From NCBI GenBank assembly GCA_965248925.1, contig CBDFLE010000006.1:352001-416000 (forward strand): a stretch of DNA of 64,000 nt, in the 5' to 3' direction. Below, piece by piece: positions 54,404-64,000 of this stretch. Within the stretch, counting starts at the first letter, position 1. Each line of letters opens with the position of its first letter. Position numbers and translations under genes: made by a program. Below the pieces are notes generated by a model. The model saw only the letters and a list, made by a program, of their open reading frames with translations. It made no database searches and was not told where the DNA came from. This DNA comes from Candidatus Multivoradales bacterium (GTDB lineage: Bacteria; Acidobacteriota; Thermoanaerobaculia; Multivoradales; J023).

Positions 54404-54976
54404 GGCAGTAAATCCTCAAGGACAACCGGCTACTGGGGCCACAGAAGTTCGTAAGTCGCCAACCAAGTTCGGACTATATCGGCCCACCACCGACTTGCCC
54501 GACTATTTGCCTGGCACCTCTGCTTCTCGAAGGGGCAATCTTTCGGGGATTGCGCGGGCTCCGGTCCGGGCAGGCGTGCGTCGGCGTGAAATTCAGGAGG
54601 GTGGGCGGAGGGCCGATCCTCGGTCTGTCGATCGCTACGTCGAGGTTGTGGCGGGGTTCGAAAGGGCGGTGAACCACCTGCTGGGACTGTAGAGACCAGC
54701 GGGGCAAAGGACTACTGAGATATCAGTCGTTCGCTGGCTGCAGAAGCTCGACACAGAGCACATTGTGCGATTCTTGATACTACTTTGGCAGGGACAGAAT
54801 CCTCTGCGAGAGTTGGAACCTCAGAGAAATATAGCCTCATTCACAGCCAAATCGGCAGAAAGTGGATTCCTGTTGCTAGCTTGAGTTTGAGAGTTCGGCG
54901 TTGGCCGTCGTTTTGGCTATTTCCTAGACATCCCCTTGTCTCTAGTTGAGTTACCCGTCTAAGAAGGAGAATTATT

Positions 54977-57900
54977 GTGATCCGATCCGTAAGCCTCTTC
55001 CGCGTCATCAGTCTCCTCAGTCTTCTAAGCCTGCCAACAACACTGCAAGCCGGCACCGCCTGCAGCGGCGTCCTCACTTACCTCGAACAAGGATTCTTCG
55101 CTGACCAACCCTCGAACTGCTCCACTGGCGCCCGCTGCTACACGCCGGTCATCTCCGGCGCCACTTTCACCCCCGAGGCTGGCTGCGACCCGGCTATCGA
55201 ATCCTGTGCCATCACCATCGAAGTGCCGATCGACTTCGCCGGAAACCACCAGAACGATCCCAGCGCCTCGGGCTTCCTGTACAGCTTCGCCACCGTCACG
55301 GTGACCCCCAGCGGCGGCGGCACCCTGGGCACCTGCGGCTTGTCGGGCGCGGTGATCGAGGAAGATCACGGTACCTTGAGCTGGGGCATCACCAGCTCGT
55401 GCAGCGACCTGATGGCCAGCTACACGATCACCGCCACCGCCTGCCCCTGCGTCGGCTTCTTGTGCCCCCATTGCCCGAAAGAAACCACCCAAGTAGTCGA
55501 CTTCAGCCTGTCGCCCCTCTGCCCACCCCCACCCCCGCCCAGCGGCTGCCCGGAAGATGAATCGTGCCCCTCGTGCGTCGGTGGTGGCAGCGGAATAGGC
55601 GGCAGCGCCGGTGGTGGAGGCGGCGGCGCCTCGCCGCCGCAGAGCGGCCCCGGTGCCTTGCTGCGCTACCACGCGGGCGGGGTCGGCCACCCGAGCTATC
55701 CCGGCTCGGCCGGCATCACCGCCGAGCTGGGGCGCTATTGGGCCCACGAGTACACCGAAAGAATCGCTCGCGACCCCGATGACAGCAACGTCTGGCTGCT
55801 CACTCGCTATGCCACCTTCCGCCGCTTTACCGACCTAAACATGGACGGGGGCTACGACCGCACCATTCCCAGCGACGATTACCGCACCCTGACCAAGACC
55901 CCGACCGGCTGGACCCTGCTCGATCTAGACGGCACCCTGATGCAATTCGACAACACCGGCCTATGGTCCTCGACCACCGACCGCAACGGCAACGCCAAGA
56001 CCGCCACCCGCGACGGCACCGGCCGGCTGACCGCCGTCAGCTTCCCCGATGGTCGCTCGGAGACATTCACCTACTCGGCGGGCGGCAAGCTCGACTCGAT
56101 TAAAGAGATTGGAGTAGACGGCACCACCAGCCGAACTTGGGGTTACACCTTCACCGGTCAAGACCTCACCCGCATCGACCGTCCCGACGGCACCGCCTGG
56201 GTTTTCCTCTACGATGACCCAACCTTGCCGGGCTACATGACCCGAATGAGCCTGGCGGGTACAAACGCTAGCGAGCGGATCGCGGGCTCCTGGGCCTATG
56301 ACCCATTTGGCAATGTAGTGCAAATGTGGAAAGGCGCGGCCAACTTCAACGATGCCGGCGCCGTCGATCGCTGGTCGATGAGCTTCGACGATCCCCAACT
56401 GCCCATGGTCACCACGGTCACCGACCCCATGGGTGAGATCTCCACCTACACCTTGGGCCGCGACTCCGAGAGTCGCAAGCCTCGTCTGGAGCAGCTCGAA
56501 GGCTCTTGCCCGAGCTGCGGCACCGGCCCCAACAGCCGGCTGTTCTATGAAGATCCGGCCCACCCTCTGCGCCCCACCCGCCAGATCGACGGTGGCGGCA
56601 CCACGACCCTGACCACCTACGACGCCAACGGCCAAGCAATCTCTCGCGTCGAGGCCCTCGGCACGGCGTTGGAGCGCGAGACAACCTGGCAGCGAGATCT
56701 CACCTACCCGGCGCTGATCACCGAGATCGAGCGCCCCTCGACCACCGGCACCCCTCTAGATTTCCGCCGCACCACCTTCACCCTCAGTGGCCAAGGCAAC
56801 GCCACCGACCGCATCGACGAAGGGGTAGAAGACGGCCAGGTTTTCAGCTACACAACCACGACCACCTACACTGCCGAGGGCCAGCCAGAAGATCGCGATC
56901 CACCCGGCTACGGCACCGCCGATGTCACCACCAGCGCCTGGGACGCTGCCCGTGGCGGCCTGGTGCTGGCCAGCCGCACCGATCCGCTGATCGGTAGCTC
57001 CCTCTTCGGCTATGACCCCTTCAACCGCCGAACCTCCGTCACCGACCCCAACGGCGTAGCCAGCGAAACGCAGTACGACCCGCTCAATCGTGTTCTGTTC
57101 AGCATCCAGAAAGGCGCGGTAATGGCCGAAGACCTGATCACCGAGCAGCGCTACACGGTCTTTGGCGACCTCTTCCAAACCGTCCTGCCGCGCGGCAACG
57201 TGCTCGAGTACGGCTACGACCCCACAGGCCGCTTGGTGTCCATCGAACGCAAGCCCGATGACCTGCCGGGGAGCCACATCGAACGCACTTTCTACACCCT
57301 CGATGGCTTTGGCCACCGGGTGCGCGAAGAGCTGCAAAGCTGGGACGGCGCGAGCTGGACGAGTGCGTCGACTACCGACTACCTGTACTCGACCCGCTGC
57401 CATCTCGACCAGATGATCGAAGGCGCGGGCAGCCCCGAACAGGCGATCACCGAGTACGCCTACAACTGCGATGGCGACCTCGAACGCTTGTGGGACGCGA
57501 ACCATCCATCGGCGGGCCAGACTGCGGCAGCCAGCACGGTCTATGGCTATGACCCACTCGACCGATTGACCACGGTCAGCCAGCCATTCGGCGGCGCGGC
57601 CGGCGGCCAAGCCGTGACGACCTACGGCTTTGACGTTCAGGATCATCTGACCTCGGTGACGGACCCAGAGGGCACGGTCACCAGCTACGTCCACAGCGAT
57701 CGAGATCTGCTGACCCGCGAGACCTCCGAGGTCTCTGGCGTGACCAGTCATCTGTACAACGAGCACGGCGAGCGCACAGAGACGACCGATGCACGCAGCA
57801 TCTCCACCCTGCGCACCCTCGATGAGCTGGATCGGGTCACCCTGGTCGACTACCCCGACGACACCCTCGACGTGACTTACACCTACGATGACCCGCTGGC

Positions 57901-59665
57901 GCCCTTCAGCCTCGGTCGACCCACCCAGATCGAACGTGACGGTCAGCCGATCGACTACCAATACGATCGCTTCGGCCGCATGACGCAGGACGGCGAGCTG
58001 GCCTACGCCTTCGACACTAACGGCAACAAGAGCGAGATCCTGTATCCTGGTGGAGTGAGGGCAATCTACACATTCGATCACGCTGACCGTCACCTGACCC
58101 TCGACGCCGAGGTGCCAGGCCAGGGCATCCAATCGATCGTCACGGGAGCCCTCTACCAACCCATCGGCCCCTTGCGCCAGGTGACACGCGGCAATGGTGT
58201 CACCGAAAGCCGCCAGCACGACAGCCGCTATCAGCCCTCCAGCATCACAGCGGTTGGCCCCGGCGGCACCTTGCTCGACTGGGACTACGCCACCGATGGG
58301 GTCGGCAACATCACCGCTATTGGCGATCTGCTCGACCCACTGAACAACCGCACCTACGCCTACCAGGAATACCAGTACTTCCTCACTCAGGGCGACGGCC
58401 CTTGGGGCAACCTAGCGTGGGCGTACGACAAAATCGGTAACCGTCTCAGCGAGACCCGCGACGGCGCCACCGACATCTATCAGTACCTCGCCAACGCAGC
58501 CGCGAGCGGCAATACCGCGAAACTCGACCAGATTGCACTCGGTGCGGGTGGCAGTCGCGTCTACACCTTCGACGCAGCCGGCAATCAAATCGGGATCGAC
58601 GAAAACGGCGACCCCGTGACATACACCTTCGATGATTCTGGCCGTCTGTCGGCTATCGATCACCCTTCGGCACAGGCCAGCTCGGTAATGTTCTACGACG
58701 GTCGCAGCTACCTACGCCAAGCAGTCGGGAGCGAGCCCGACACTTCGGGCAACGCTCTCTTCTGCGATGGCTTTGAAAGCGGCGACATCAGCGCTTGGGG
58801 TGATCCTGGAGCGAGTAGCTGCACAGCTGAGGCCGTAACCGATGCGGCCTACAGTTCCGACGGTGTGCTGCAACGGCGAGCCGGTGCCACCGAGGCCAAT
58901 GCAGTGCTCTACTTCGGGGGACAGCCGGTAGCGCAGACCGGTGGGGCTATCGTGACCCACCTGACGGCAGATCACCTCGGGACACCGGTACTAGCTTCTA
59001 GCAATGTCGGTGCCTCGGACTGGAGCGGCGGATTCGAGCCCTTCGGCAGTGACTTCGCGAATGCCGGAGACGCAGGCGTTTTCCTGCGCTTTCCGGGGCA
59101 GTGGGACGATGCGGCGTGGGACCCAAGTACTGAGATTCTCTACAACGTCCACCGCTGGTATGAGCACAGGACGGGGAGGTACACGAGAGTGGATCCGATT
59201 CGTTGGCGTGGTTCCAAAGCGAATACCTACAGCTACCCTGAGAACCAACCGCTTCTCTTCATCGATAGCTTTGGTCTCGCCCCGGTCACGAACGACTCCG
59301 GTGTTCCGATTCCTTACAAGCCTGAGAGCGAGGATGGTGTCATCAGGCTCTGCGGCCCTGGAGAAACCTGCGATGTAGACGGCGTCTTCCCTCCGGCTTG
59401 CGATGGTTTCCCGATCAAGATCGTTGGCGGCTGTAGGGCTGAGGTCCGAGCGAGTGGAAAGCTATGGATCTTCTGCCCTCTTTTCAATCCAGATGTTCCA
59501 GGTCTCAAGCGGAAGTTTCCCGCGCTCGGGCAACTCTTGAAGGGGGGGCGTACCAATGACAAATTTCACCAGAAATTTCCAGACTGGCCTGTTCCCAACG
59601 GAAAACCGTTTTGTGGATGTACTGTGGCCCCGCCTCCAGTCTCCGGCTCTGAGGAAGGCAGGTGA
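54977..59665 (+). CDS. RHS/YD-repeat protein with signal peptide and C-terminal putative toxin domain
   Basis: Many YD repeats; RHS core DHLGTP, LRFPGQW, YNVHRWY and DPIR...IDSFGL, followed by a 128-aa tail. Confidence 0.93.
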   Translation: MIRSVSLFRVISLLSLLSLPTTLQAGTACSGVLTYLEQGFFADQPSNCSTGARCYTPVISGATFTPEAGCDPAIESCAITIEVPIDFAGNHQNDPSASGFLYSFATVTVTPSGGGTLGTCGLSGAVIEEDHGTLSWGITSSCSDLMASYTITATACPCVGFLCPHCPKETTQVVDFSLSPLCPPPPPPSGCPEDESCPSCVGGGSGIGGSAGGGGGGASPPQSGPGALLRYHAGGVGHPSYPGSAGITAELGRYWAHEYTERIARDPDDSNVWLLTRYATFRRFTDLNMDGGYDRTIPSDDYRTLTKTPTGWTLLDLDGTLMQFDNTGLWSSTTDRNGNAKTATRDGTGRLTAVSFPDGRSETFTYSAGGKLDSIKEIGVDGTTSRTWGYTFTGQDLTRIDRPDGTAWVFLYDDPTLPGYMTRMSLAGTNASERIAGSWAYDPFGNVVQMWKGAANFNDAGAVDRWSMSFDDPQLPMVTTVTDPMGEISTYTLGRDSESRKPRLEQLEGSCPSCGTGPNSRLFYEDPAHPLRPTRQIDGGGTTTLTTYDANGQAISRVEALGTALERETTWQRDLTYPALITEIERPSTTGTPLDFRRTTFTLSGQGNATDRIDEGVEDGQVFSYTTTTTYTAEGQPEDRDPPGYGTADVTTSAWDAARGGLVLASRTDPLIGSSLFGYDPFNRRTSVTDPNGVASETQYDPLNRVLFSIQKGAVMAEDLITEQRYTVFGDLFQTVLPRGNVLEYGYDPTGRLVSIERKPDDLPGSHIERTFYTLDGFGHRVREELQSWDGASWTSASTTDYLYSTRCHLDQMIEGAGSPEQAITEYAYNCDGDLERLWDANHPSAGQTAAASTVYGYDPLDRLTTVSQPFGGAAGGQAVTTYGFDVQDHLTSVTDPEGTVTSYVHSDRDLLTRETSEVSGVTSHLYNEHGERTETTDARSISTLRTLDELDRVTLVDYPDDTLDVTYTYDDPLAPFSLGRPTQIERDGQPIDYQYDRFGRMTQDGELAYAFDTNGNKSEILYPGGVRAIYTFDHADRHLTLDAEVPGQGIQSIVTGALYQPIGPLRQVTRGNGVTESRQHDSRYQPSSITAVGPGGTLLDWDYATDGVGNITAIGDLLDPLNNRTYAYQEYQYFLTQGDGPWGNLAWAYDKIGNRLSETRDGATDIYQYLANAAASGNTAKLDQIALGAGGSRVYTFDAAGNQIGIDENGDPVTYTFDDSGRLSAIDHPSAQASSVMFYDGRSYLRQAVGSEPDTSGNALFCDGFESGDISAWGDPGASSCTAEAVTDAAYSSDGVLQRRAGATEANAVLYFGGQPVAQTGGAIVTHLTADHLGTPVLASSNVGASDWSGGFEPFGSDFANAGDAGVFLRFPGQWDDAAWDPSTEILYNVHRWYEHRTGRYTRVDPIRWRGSKANTYSYPENQPLLFIDSFGLAPVTNDSGVPIPYKPESEDGVIRLCGPGETCDVDGVFPPACDGFPIKIVGGCRAEVRASGKLWIFCPLFNPDVPGLKRKFPALGQLLKGGRTNDKFHQKFPDWPVPNGKPFCGCTVAPPPVSGSEEGR

Positions 59666-60114
59666 TGTCGATGCTTTGTCCAGTCCGAGGATCGGTATTC
59701 CGTATAGCTGCAGCGGTAGTTACCCTCGCCGGGCTGCTCGGGTGTGGTACGAAATCCGAATACCATCTTGAAGCCGAACCATCATCTTCTCCAACAGCCA
59801 GTACTGAGAGCACTGACGGGTCATGGAGATCCGCTCTCGGCAACTTGATTCTGCCCCTAATCGAGGATCACGATACGGAGTACGCTCAAGGCTACAGCGA
59901 AGAGGTCTTTCGATCTCTCGGGCTCGGGACGGATAGGGAGACCGTTGAAGACCTCCTAGGATCACCACTCTTTTTGAGGAATTTCCCTAACGGTATGACG
60001 TATTGGTACTACTCACGTCACGGGAAGCAATCCGAAAACTACTTCGTGCGAATCACGGTGTTCGACGCAGAGGGAAATTTGGTGGAGCGGCATAGCGACT
60101 TCTACCTTGACTGA
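59662..60114 (+). CDS. Lipoprotein with SmpA/BamE-like fold; candidate RHS immunity protein
   Basis: GTGA overlap with the RHS stop; lipobox LLGC; LGTDRETVEDLLGSP...WYY...VFDAEG pattern. Confidence 0.7.
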   Translation: MMSMLCPVRGSVFRIAAAVVTLAGLLGCGTKSEYHLEAEPSSSPTASTESTDGSWRSALGNLILPLIEDHDTEYAQGYSEEVFRSLGLGTDRETVEDLLGSPLFLRNFPNGMTYWYYSRHGKQSENYFVRITVFDAEGNLVERHSDFYLD

Positions 60115-60184
60115 GGGCTCGCGTATAGCTGCTCAGCGACAATTAGACCTGTGCACTGACGACAATTACTCCTGTGCATCCGAG

Positions 60185-60226
60185 TCCCGCCTCTTGGGGG
60201 TCGCTAGCGACCCCCAAGAGGCGGGA
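60185..60226. repeat. Perfect 42-bp palindrome
   Basis: TCCCGCCTCTTGGGGGTCGCT|AGCGACCCCCAAGAGGCGGGA. Confidence 0.95.
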
Positions 60227-60257
60227 AAATGCTCGTTTACTCGACCGAGGAGCGGGC

Positions 60258-61271
60258 GTGGTTACAGACGCACAAGTGAGGAAACTGATGAGCGAGCTGA
60301 AGCAAGGCGCCGGTATCGGCGTGGCCTCTCTACGAGCCGGCATGCACCGCAACACGGCGCGCCGGTATGTGGCGGCTGGTGGTCTGCCGTCGGAGTTGAA
60401 AGCGGAGCGCCGGTGGCGTACCCGCAAGGACCCTTTCGCGGCCGATTGGCCAGCGATCACCGCCCGCCTGGAGTCGGCTCCCGAGCTGGAGGGCAAGGCG
60501 CTTTTCGAGGATCTGATGGCCCGCCATCCCGACCGCTATCACCAGGGGCAGCTGCGCACCTTTCAGCGCCATGTGAAGCAGTGGCGGGCTACTGAGGGTC
60601 CAGAGAAGGAGGTGTTCTTCGGCCAAAACCACCGGCCTGGTGAGGCGTTGCAGACCGACTTCACCTGCTGCAAGAAGCTGGGGGTGAGGATCGGTGGCGA
60701 GGTGTTCCTTCACCTGCTGTGCCACTCGGTGCTGCCGTACAGCAACTGGCAGTCGGCGACGGTGTGCTTTTCCGAGTCGATGCTGGCGATTCGCCAGGGA
60801 GTCCAGACCGCCGTTTTCCGGCTGGGCCGGGTGCCCCGGTACCACCAGACGGACAACTCGACGGCAGCGACCCATGACCTCAAGACCGGGCAGCGAGGTT
60901 TCAATGACGAGTACGTCTCGGTGATGGAGCATTTGGGGATGAAGCCGCGGACGATCGGCATCGGCCAGAGCCACCAGAACGGCGACATCGAGGCGGCCAA
61001 CGGGGCGCTGAAGCGGCAGCTGAAGCAGCATCTTCTGCTCCGTGGCAGCCGGGACTTCGACAGCGTCGAGCTCTACCAAGCGTGGATCAGCGAGCGGCTG
61101 GAGCAGGCCAATGCGCGGCGCGCGAAGCGCTTGCGCGAGGAACTTGCGGTCATGCGGCTGCTACAAGCCGATCGGCTCCCGCAGCACCGTAGGCTGCGTC
61201 TCCGGGTGAACTCGTGCAGCACCATTCGGGTGAAGAACAACACCTACTCGGTGCCGTCGCGACTGATCGGC
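60258..61271 (+). pseudogene. istA: IS21 transposase IstA, 3'-truncated by an IS3-family insertion
   Basis: GAGGAG then GTG 60258; RTRKDPF, PGEALQTDF, QTDNS, NGDIE and YSVPSRLIG, then an abrupt switch to IS end sequence. Confidence 0.85.
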
Positions 61272-61312
61272 CGGAACGTGTCAATGAAAGTGAGACACTA
61301 TTCTTCTGGGAA

Positions 61313-62434
61313 TTAGTACGGAATCGGTAGTGGTTCCGGCACCATCGCTTTCAACGAGGGCGCGCAGCCAGGTGGCTCGCCTGGTGCGTCGTCGTCTACG
61401 CGGTGTGTCACCTCGTTCTCGGTATCGGCTGGGTCAGTGGTGGCGGTGGAGGTCGGCGGGTTGATCCAGACCTTGTCACTGGGCTCCGGCAAAGCCGGCG
61501 CTCGCCGCTTGAAGCGGCTTGGATGAGCGGCTGAGGCGGCGGCGAGGACTTCTCGACGTTGCTCCAGTACTGAGGCCGTGAGGCCGTAGTGGACGGTCTC
61601 TGGCGTCAACAAGCCGAGTCCCGTGTGGTAGTGCTGCGTGTTGTACCAGCCGATGAACGAGCGGCAGGACGCTCGTGCATCTTCCAGTGATCCGAAGCGG
61701 TCGGGAAAGCTCGGATGGTACTTGAGCGTCTTGAACTGGGCCTCAGAGAACGGATTGTCGTTGCTCGTGTAGGGCCGGTTCAGCGACCGTGTCATCCCGA
61801 GATCGGCCAGCAGTAGAGCCACTGGCTTGGATGTCAAGCTCGAACCGCGGTCCGAGTGCAAGGTAAGTCGATCTCGCTCAACACCTTGCTTCTCAACACT
61901 GTCGGCGATCAACCGCTTCGCGAGTCCTCCGGACTCGCGGCAGGCGAGCATCCAGCCGACGATGTAGCGGCTGAAGACGTCCAGAATTACGTAAAGGTAG
62001 TAGTGGGTCCACTTCACCGGGCCCTTGAGCTTGGTGATGTCCCACGACCACACCTCGTTCGGCCCTGTGGCCAGCAGTTCGGGCTTGGTGTAGTTGGGAT
62101 GACGCCGCTGACGGCGTCGCTCGCGCAGCTCGCCCTCAGACTCCAGGACCCGGTACATGGTGCGCACCGAGCAGATATGGCGCTGATCCTCGTCCAGCAG
62201 CGCCGCCCAGACTTGACGCGGCGAGCGGTCGACGAAGCGCTCCGAGTGCAACACATCGAGGACCTCCTGGCGTTCAGCGGGCGTCAATGCCAGCGGCGGT
62301 CGAGGCCGCGTTGATAGCTGCGGCCCTGCGCTCTGCTGCCGACGGCGGCGATAAAAAGTGGCTCTGGGGACCGCCAAGGCGACGCAGGCTGCTTGCACCC
62401 CCACCGTCTCGGCCAGCGGCGCCACAGCGCTCAT
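61313..62434 (-). CDS. IS3-family transposase OrfB (DDE/rve)
   Basis: WSWDIT, LHSDRG, DNPFSEAQFKTLK and WYN...H. Confidence 0.93.
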   Translation of the reverse strand: MSAVAPLAETVGVQAACVALAVPRATFYRRRRQQSAGPQLSTRPRPPLALTPAERQEVLDVLHSERFVDRSPRQVWAALLDEDQRHICSVRTMYRVLESEGELRERRRQRRHPNYTKPELLATGPNEVWSWDITKLKGPVKWTHYYLYVILDVFSRYIVGWMLACRESGGLAKRLIADSVEKQGVERDRLTLHSDRGSSLTSKPVALLLADLGMTRSLNRPYTSNDNPFSEAQFKTLKYHPSFPDRFGSLEDARASCRSFIGWYNTQHYHTGLGLLTPETVHYGLTASVLEQRREVLAAASAAHPSRFKRRAPALPEPSDKVWINPPTSTATTDPADTENEVTHRVDDDAPGEPPGCAPSLKAMVPEPLPIPY

Positions 62435-62844
62435 GGCTGGCTCTCGCTCGGCTCGATCCCTAGCAGCCGGGAAAGTTTTTTTTGGACATCGATGATCGTC
62501 TCGGCTTTGTACAGCTGATGCTTGAGCCGGGCATTCTCACGCTCAAGCTCCGCGACGCGGCGGGCCTCGGCAGAGACCGGTCGACGCTTGCGACCGCGCT
62601 TCTTCGACAGACCGGCCAGAGCTCCCGTGTCGCGCTGACGGCGCCACGTCGACAGTAGCGAGGAATACAGACCCTCCTGGCGAAGCAGGGCGCCAATCTC
62701 GCCGGGCTTGCTACAGGCGTCGGCGGCCTGGACGATGCGCAGCTTGTACGACGCGCTGTACCGCCGCCGCTTCGCCTTCTCAGCTACCTCGGGATCTGGT
62801 CGGTCAGCACCCATATCTCGCAGCTCGTGGCTTGGACTCGCCAT
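62431..62844 (-). CDS. IS3-family transposase OrfA (HTH)
   Basis: RRRYSASYKLRIV...LLRQEGLYSSLLSTWR; GGAG before ATG 62844; ATGA overlap with orfB. Confidence 0.88.
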   Translation of the reverse strand: MASPSHELRDMGADRPDPEVAEKAKRRRYSASYKLRIVQAADACSKPGEIGALLRQEGLYSSLLSTWRRQRDTGALAGLSKKRGRKRRPVSAEARRVAELERENARLKHQLYKAETIIDVQKKLSRLLGIEPSESQP

Positions 62845-62913
62845 GGTGATTGCTCTCCACACCCTCACTAATTTCTCGGTATTTGAGTGTCTCACTTACA
62901 TTGGCACAGAGGG

Positions 62914-64000
62914 TGCACGCAGCATCTCCACCCTGCGCACCCTCGATGAGCTAGATCGGGTCACCCTGGTCGACTACCCCGACGACACCCTCGACGTGAC
63001 CTACACCTACGATGACCCGCTGGCGCCCTTCAGTCTCGGCCGACTCACCCAGATCGAACGTGATGGCCAGCCGATCGACTACCAATACGATCGCTTCGGC
63101 CGCATGACGCAGGACGGCGAGCTGGCCTACGCCTTCGACACTAACGGCAACAAGAGCGAGATCCTGTATCCTGGTGGAGTGAGGGCCATCTACACATTCG
63201 ATCACGCTGACCGTCACCAGACCCTCGATGCCGAGGTGCCTGGCCAGGGCATCCAAGCGATCGTCACGGGAGCCCTCTACAAAGCCATCGGCCCACTGCG
63301 CCAGCTGACACGCGGCAATGGTGTCACCGAAAGCCGCCAGCACGACAGCCGTTACCGGCCCGCCAGCATCACAGCGGTTGGCCCCGGCGGCACCTTGCTC
63401 GACTGGGACTACACCACCGATGGGGTCGGCAACATCACCGCCATCAGTGATCTGCTCGATTCGCTGAACAACCGCACCTACGCCTACCAGGACTACCAGT
63501 ATTTCCTCACCCAGGGCGACGGCCCTTGGGGTGCTCTGACCTGGGCCTACGACAAGATCGGCAACCGTCTCAGCCAGACTCGGGACGGCGCCACCGACAT
63601 CTACCAGTACCTCGCCAACGCCGCCGCGAGCGGCAATACCGCGAAACTCGATCAGATTGCGCTCGGTGCAGGCGGCAGTCGCGTCTACACCTTCGACGCA
63701 GCCGGTAACCAGACCGGGGTCGACGAGGATGGCGACCCGGTGACCTACACCTTCGATGATGCTGGCCGTCTGTCGGCCATTGATCACCCTTCGGCGCAGG
63801 CCAGCTCGACGATGTTGTACGACGGTCGCAGCTACCTACGCCAGGCAGTCGGGAGCGAGCCCGACACTTCGGGCAACGCTCTCTTCTGCGATGGCTTCGA
63901 AAGCGGCGACATCAGCGCCTGGGGTGATCCGGGGGCCAGTAGCTGCACAGCTGAGGCCGTAACCGAAGCGGCCTACAGTTCCGACGCTGTGCTGCAACGG
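62914..64000 (+). pseudogene. Orphan 5'-truncated RHS copy, near-duplicate of 57790-58876, running off the right edge
   Basis: Colinear at a constant offset of 5124 bp, with scattered substitutions; the upstream part of the gene is missing. Confidence 0.92.

Larger units (their letters stand above)
60130..61271 (+). mobile_element. IS21-family element, left part only (truncated)
   Basis: Starts with TG and has two 19-bp repeats CGACAATTAnnCCTGTGCA (60137, 60160); istA follows; istB and the right end are absent. Confidence 0.8.
61272..62913 (-). mobile_element. IS3-family insertion sequence (about 1.64 kb)
   Basis: Inverted repeats 61279-61299 and 62886-62906 (19/21 match); orfA and orfB; RHS homology resumes exactly at 62914. 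Confidence 0.88.

Noticed and set aside
56756-58219. 487-aa minus ORF, and 62951-63787
   Set aside because: Antisense shadows of RHS repeats.

Overview
GC-rich bacterial DNA. The DGFESGD protein tails hint at Acidobacteriota, but that is only inference. Positions 1-45122 hold one giant minus-strand ORF that the ORF track omits, most likely because it has no stop inside the window. It starts at ATG 45122, stays in the same frame at every point I translated down to base 1, and is at least 15,040 aa. It encodes a hybrid trans-AT PKS-NRPS: KS(C->H)-ACP | KS-DH-KR-ACP-DUF-SH | KS-DH-KR-ACP | KS-DH-KR-ACP-DUF-SH | C-A(Pro-like)-T | C-A(Ala)-T-E | C-A(aromatic)-T-E | C-A(Leu)-T-E | C-A(Leu-like)-T | C-A(Asp)-T-E..., continuing off the left edge. 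The standout is two internal leinamycin-type DUF-SH didomains (DUF2156-like plus PLP cysteine-lyase-like). They predict a doubly sulfurated C8 acyl chain on a D-amino-acid-rich peptide. A divergent trans-AT gene with an apparently degenerate ER domain follows. To the right lie a gene remnant, a hypothetical protein, an S8 peptidase, a GT2, a small-protein/nucleotidyltransferase pair, tesB, an RHS toxin with a lipoprotein immunity candidate, a truncated IS21, an IS3-family element and an orphan RHS duplicate. Domain boundaries are approximate and come from manual translation; no database searches were run.
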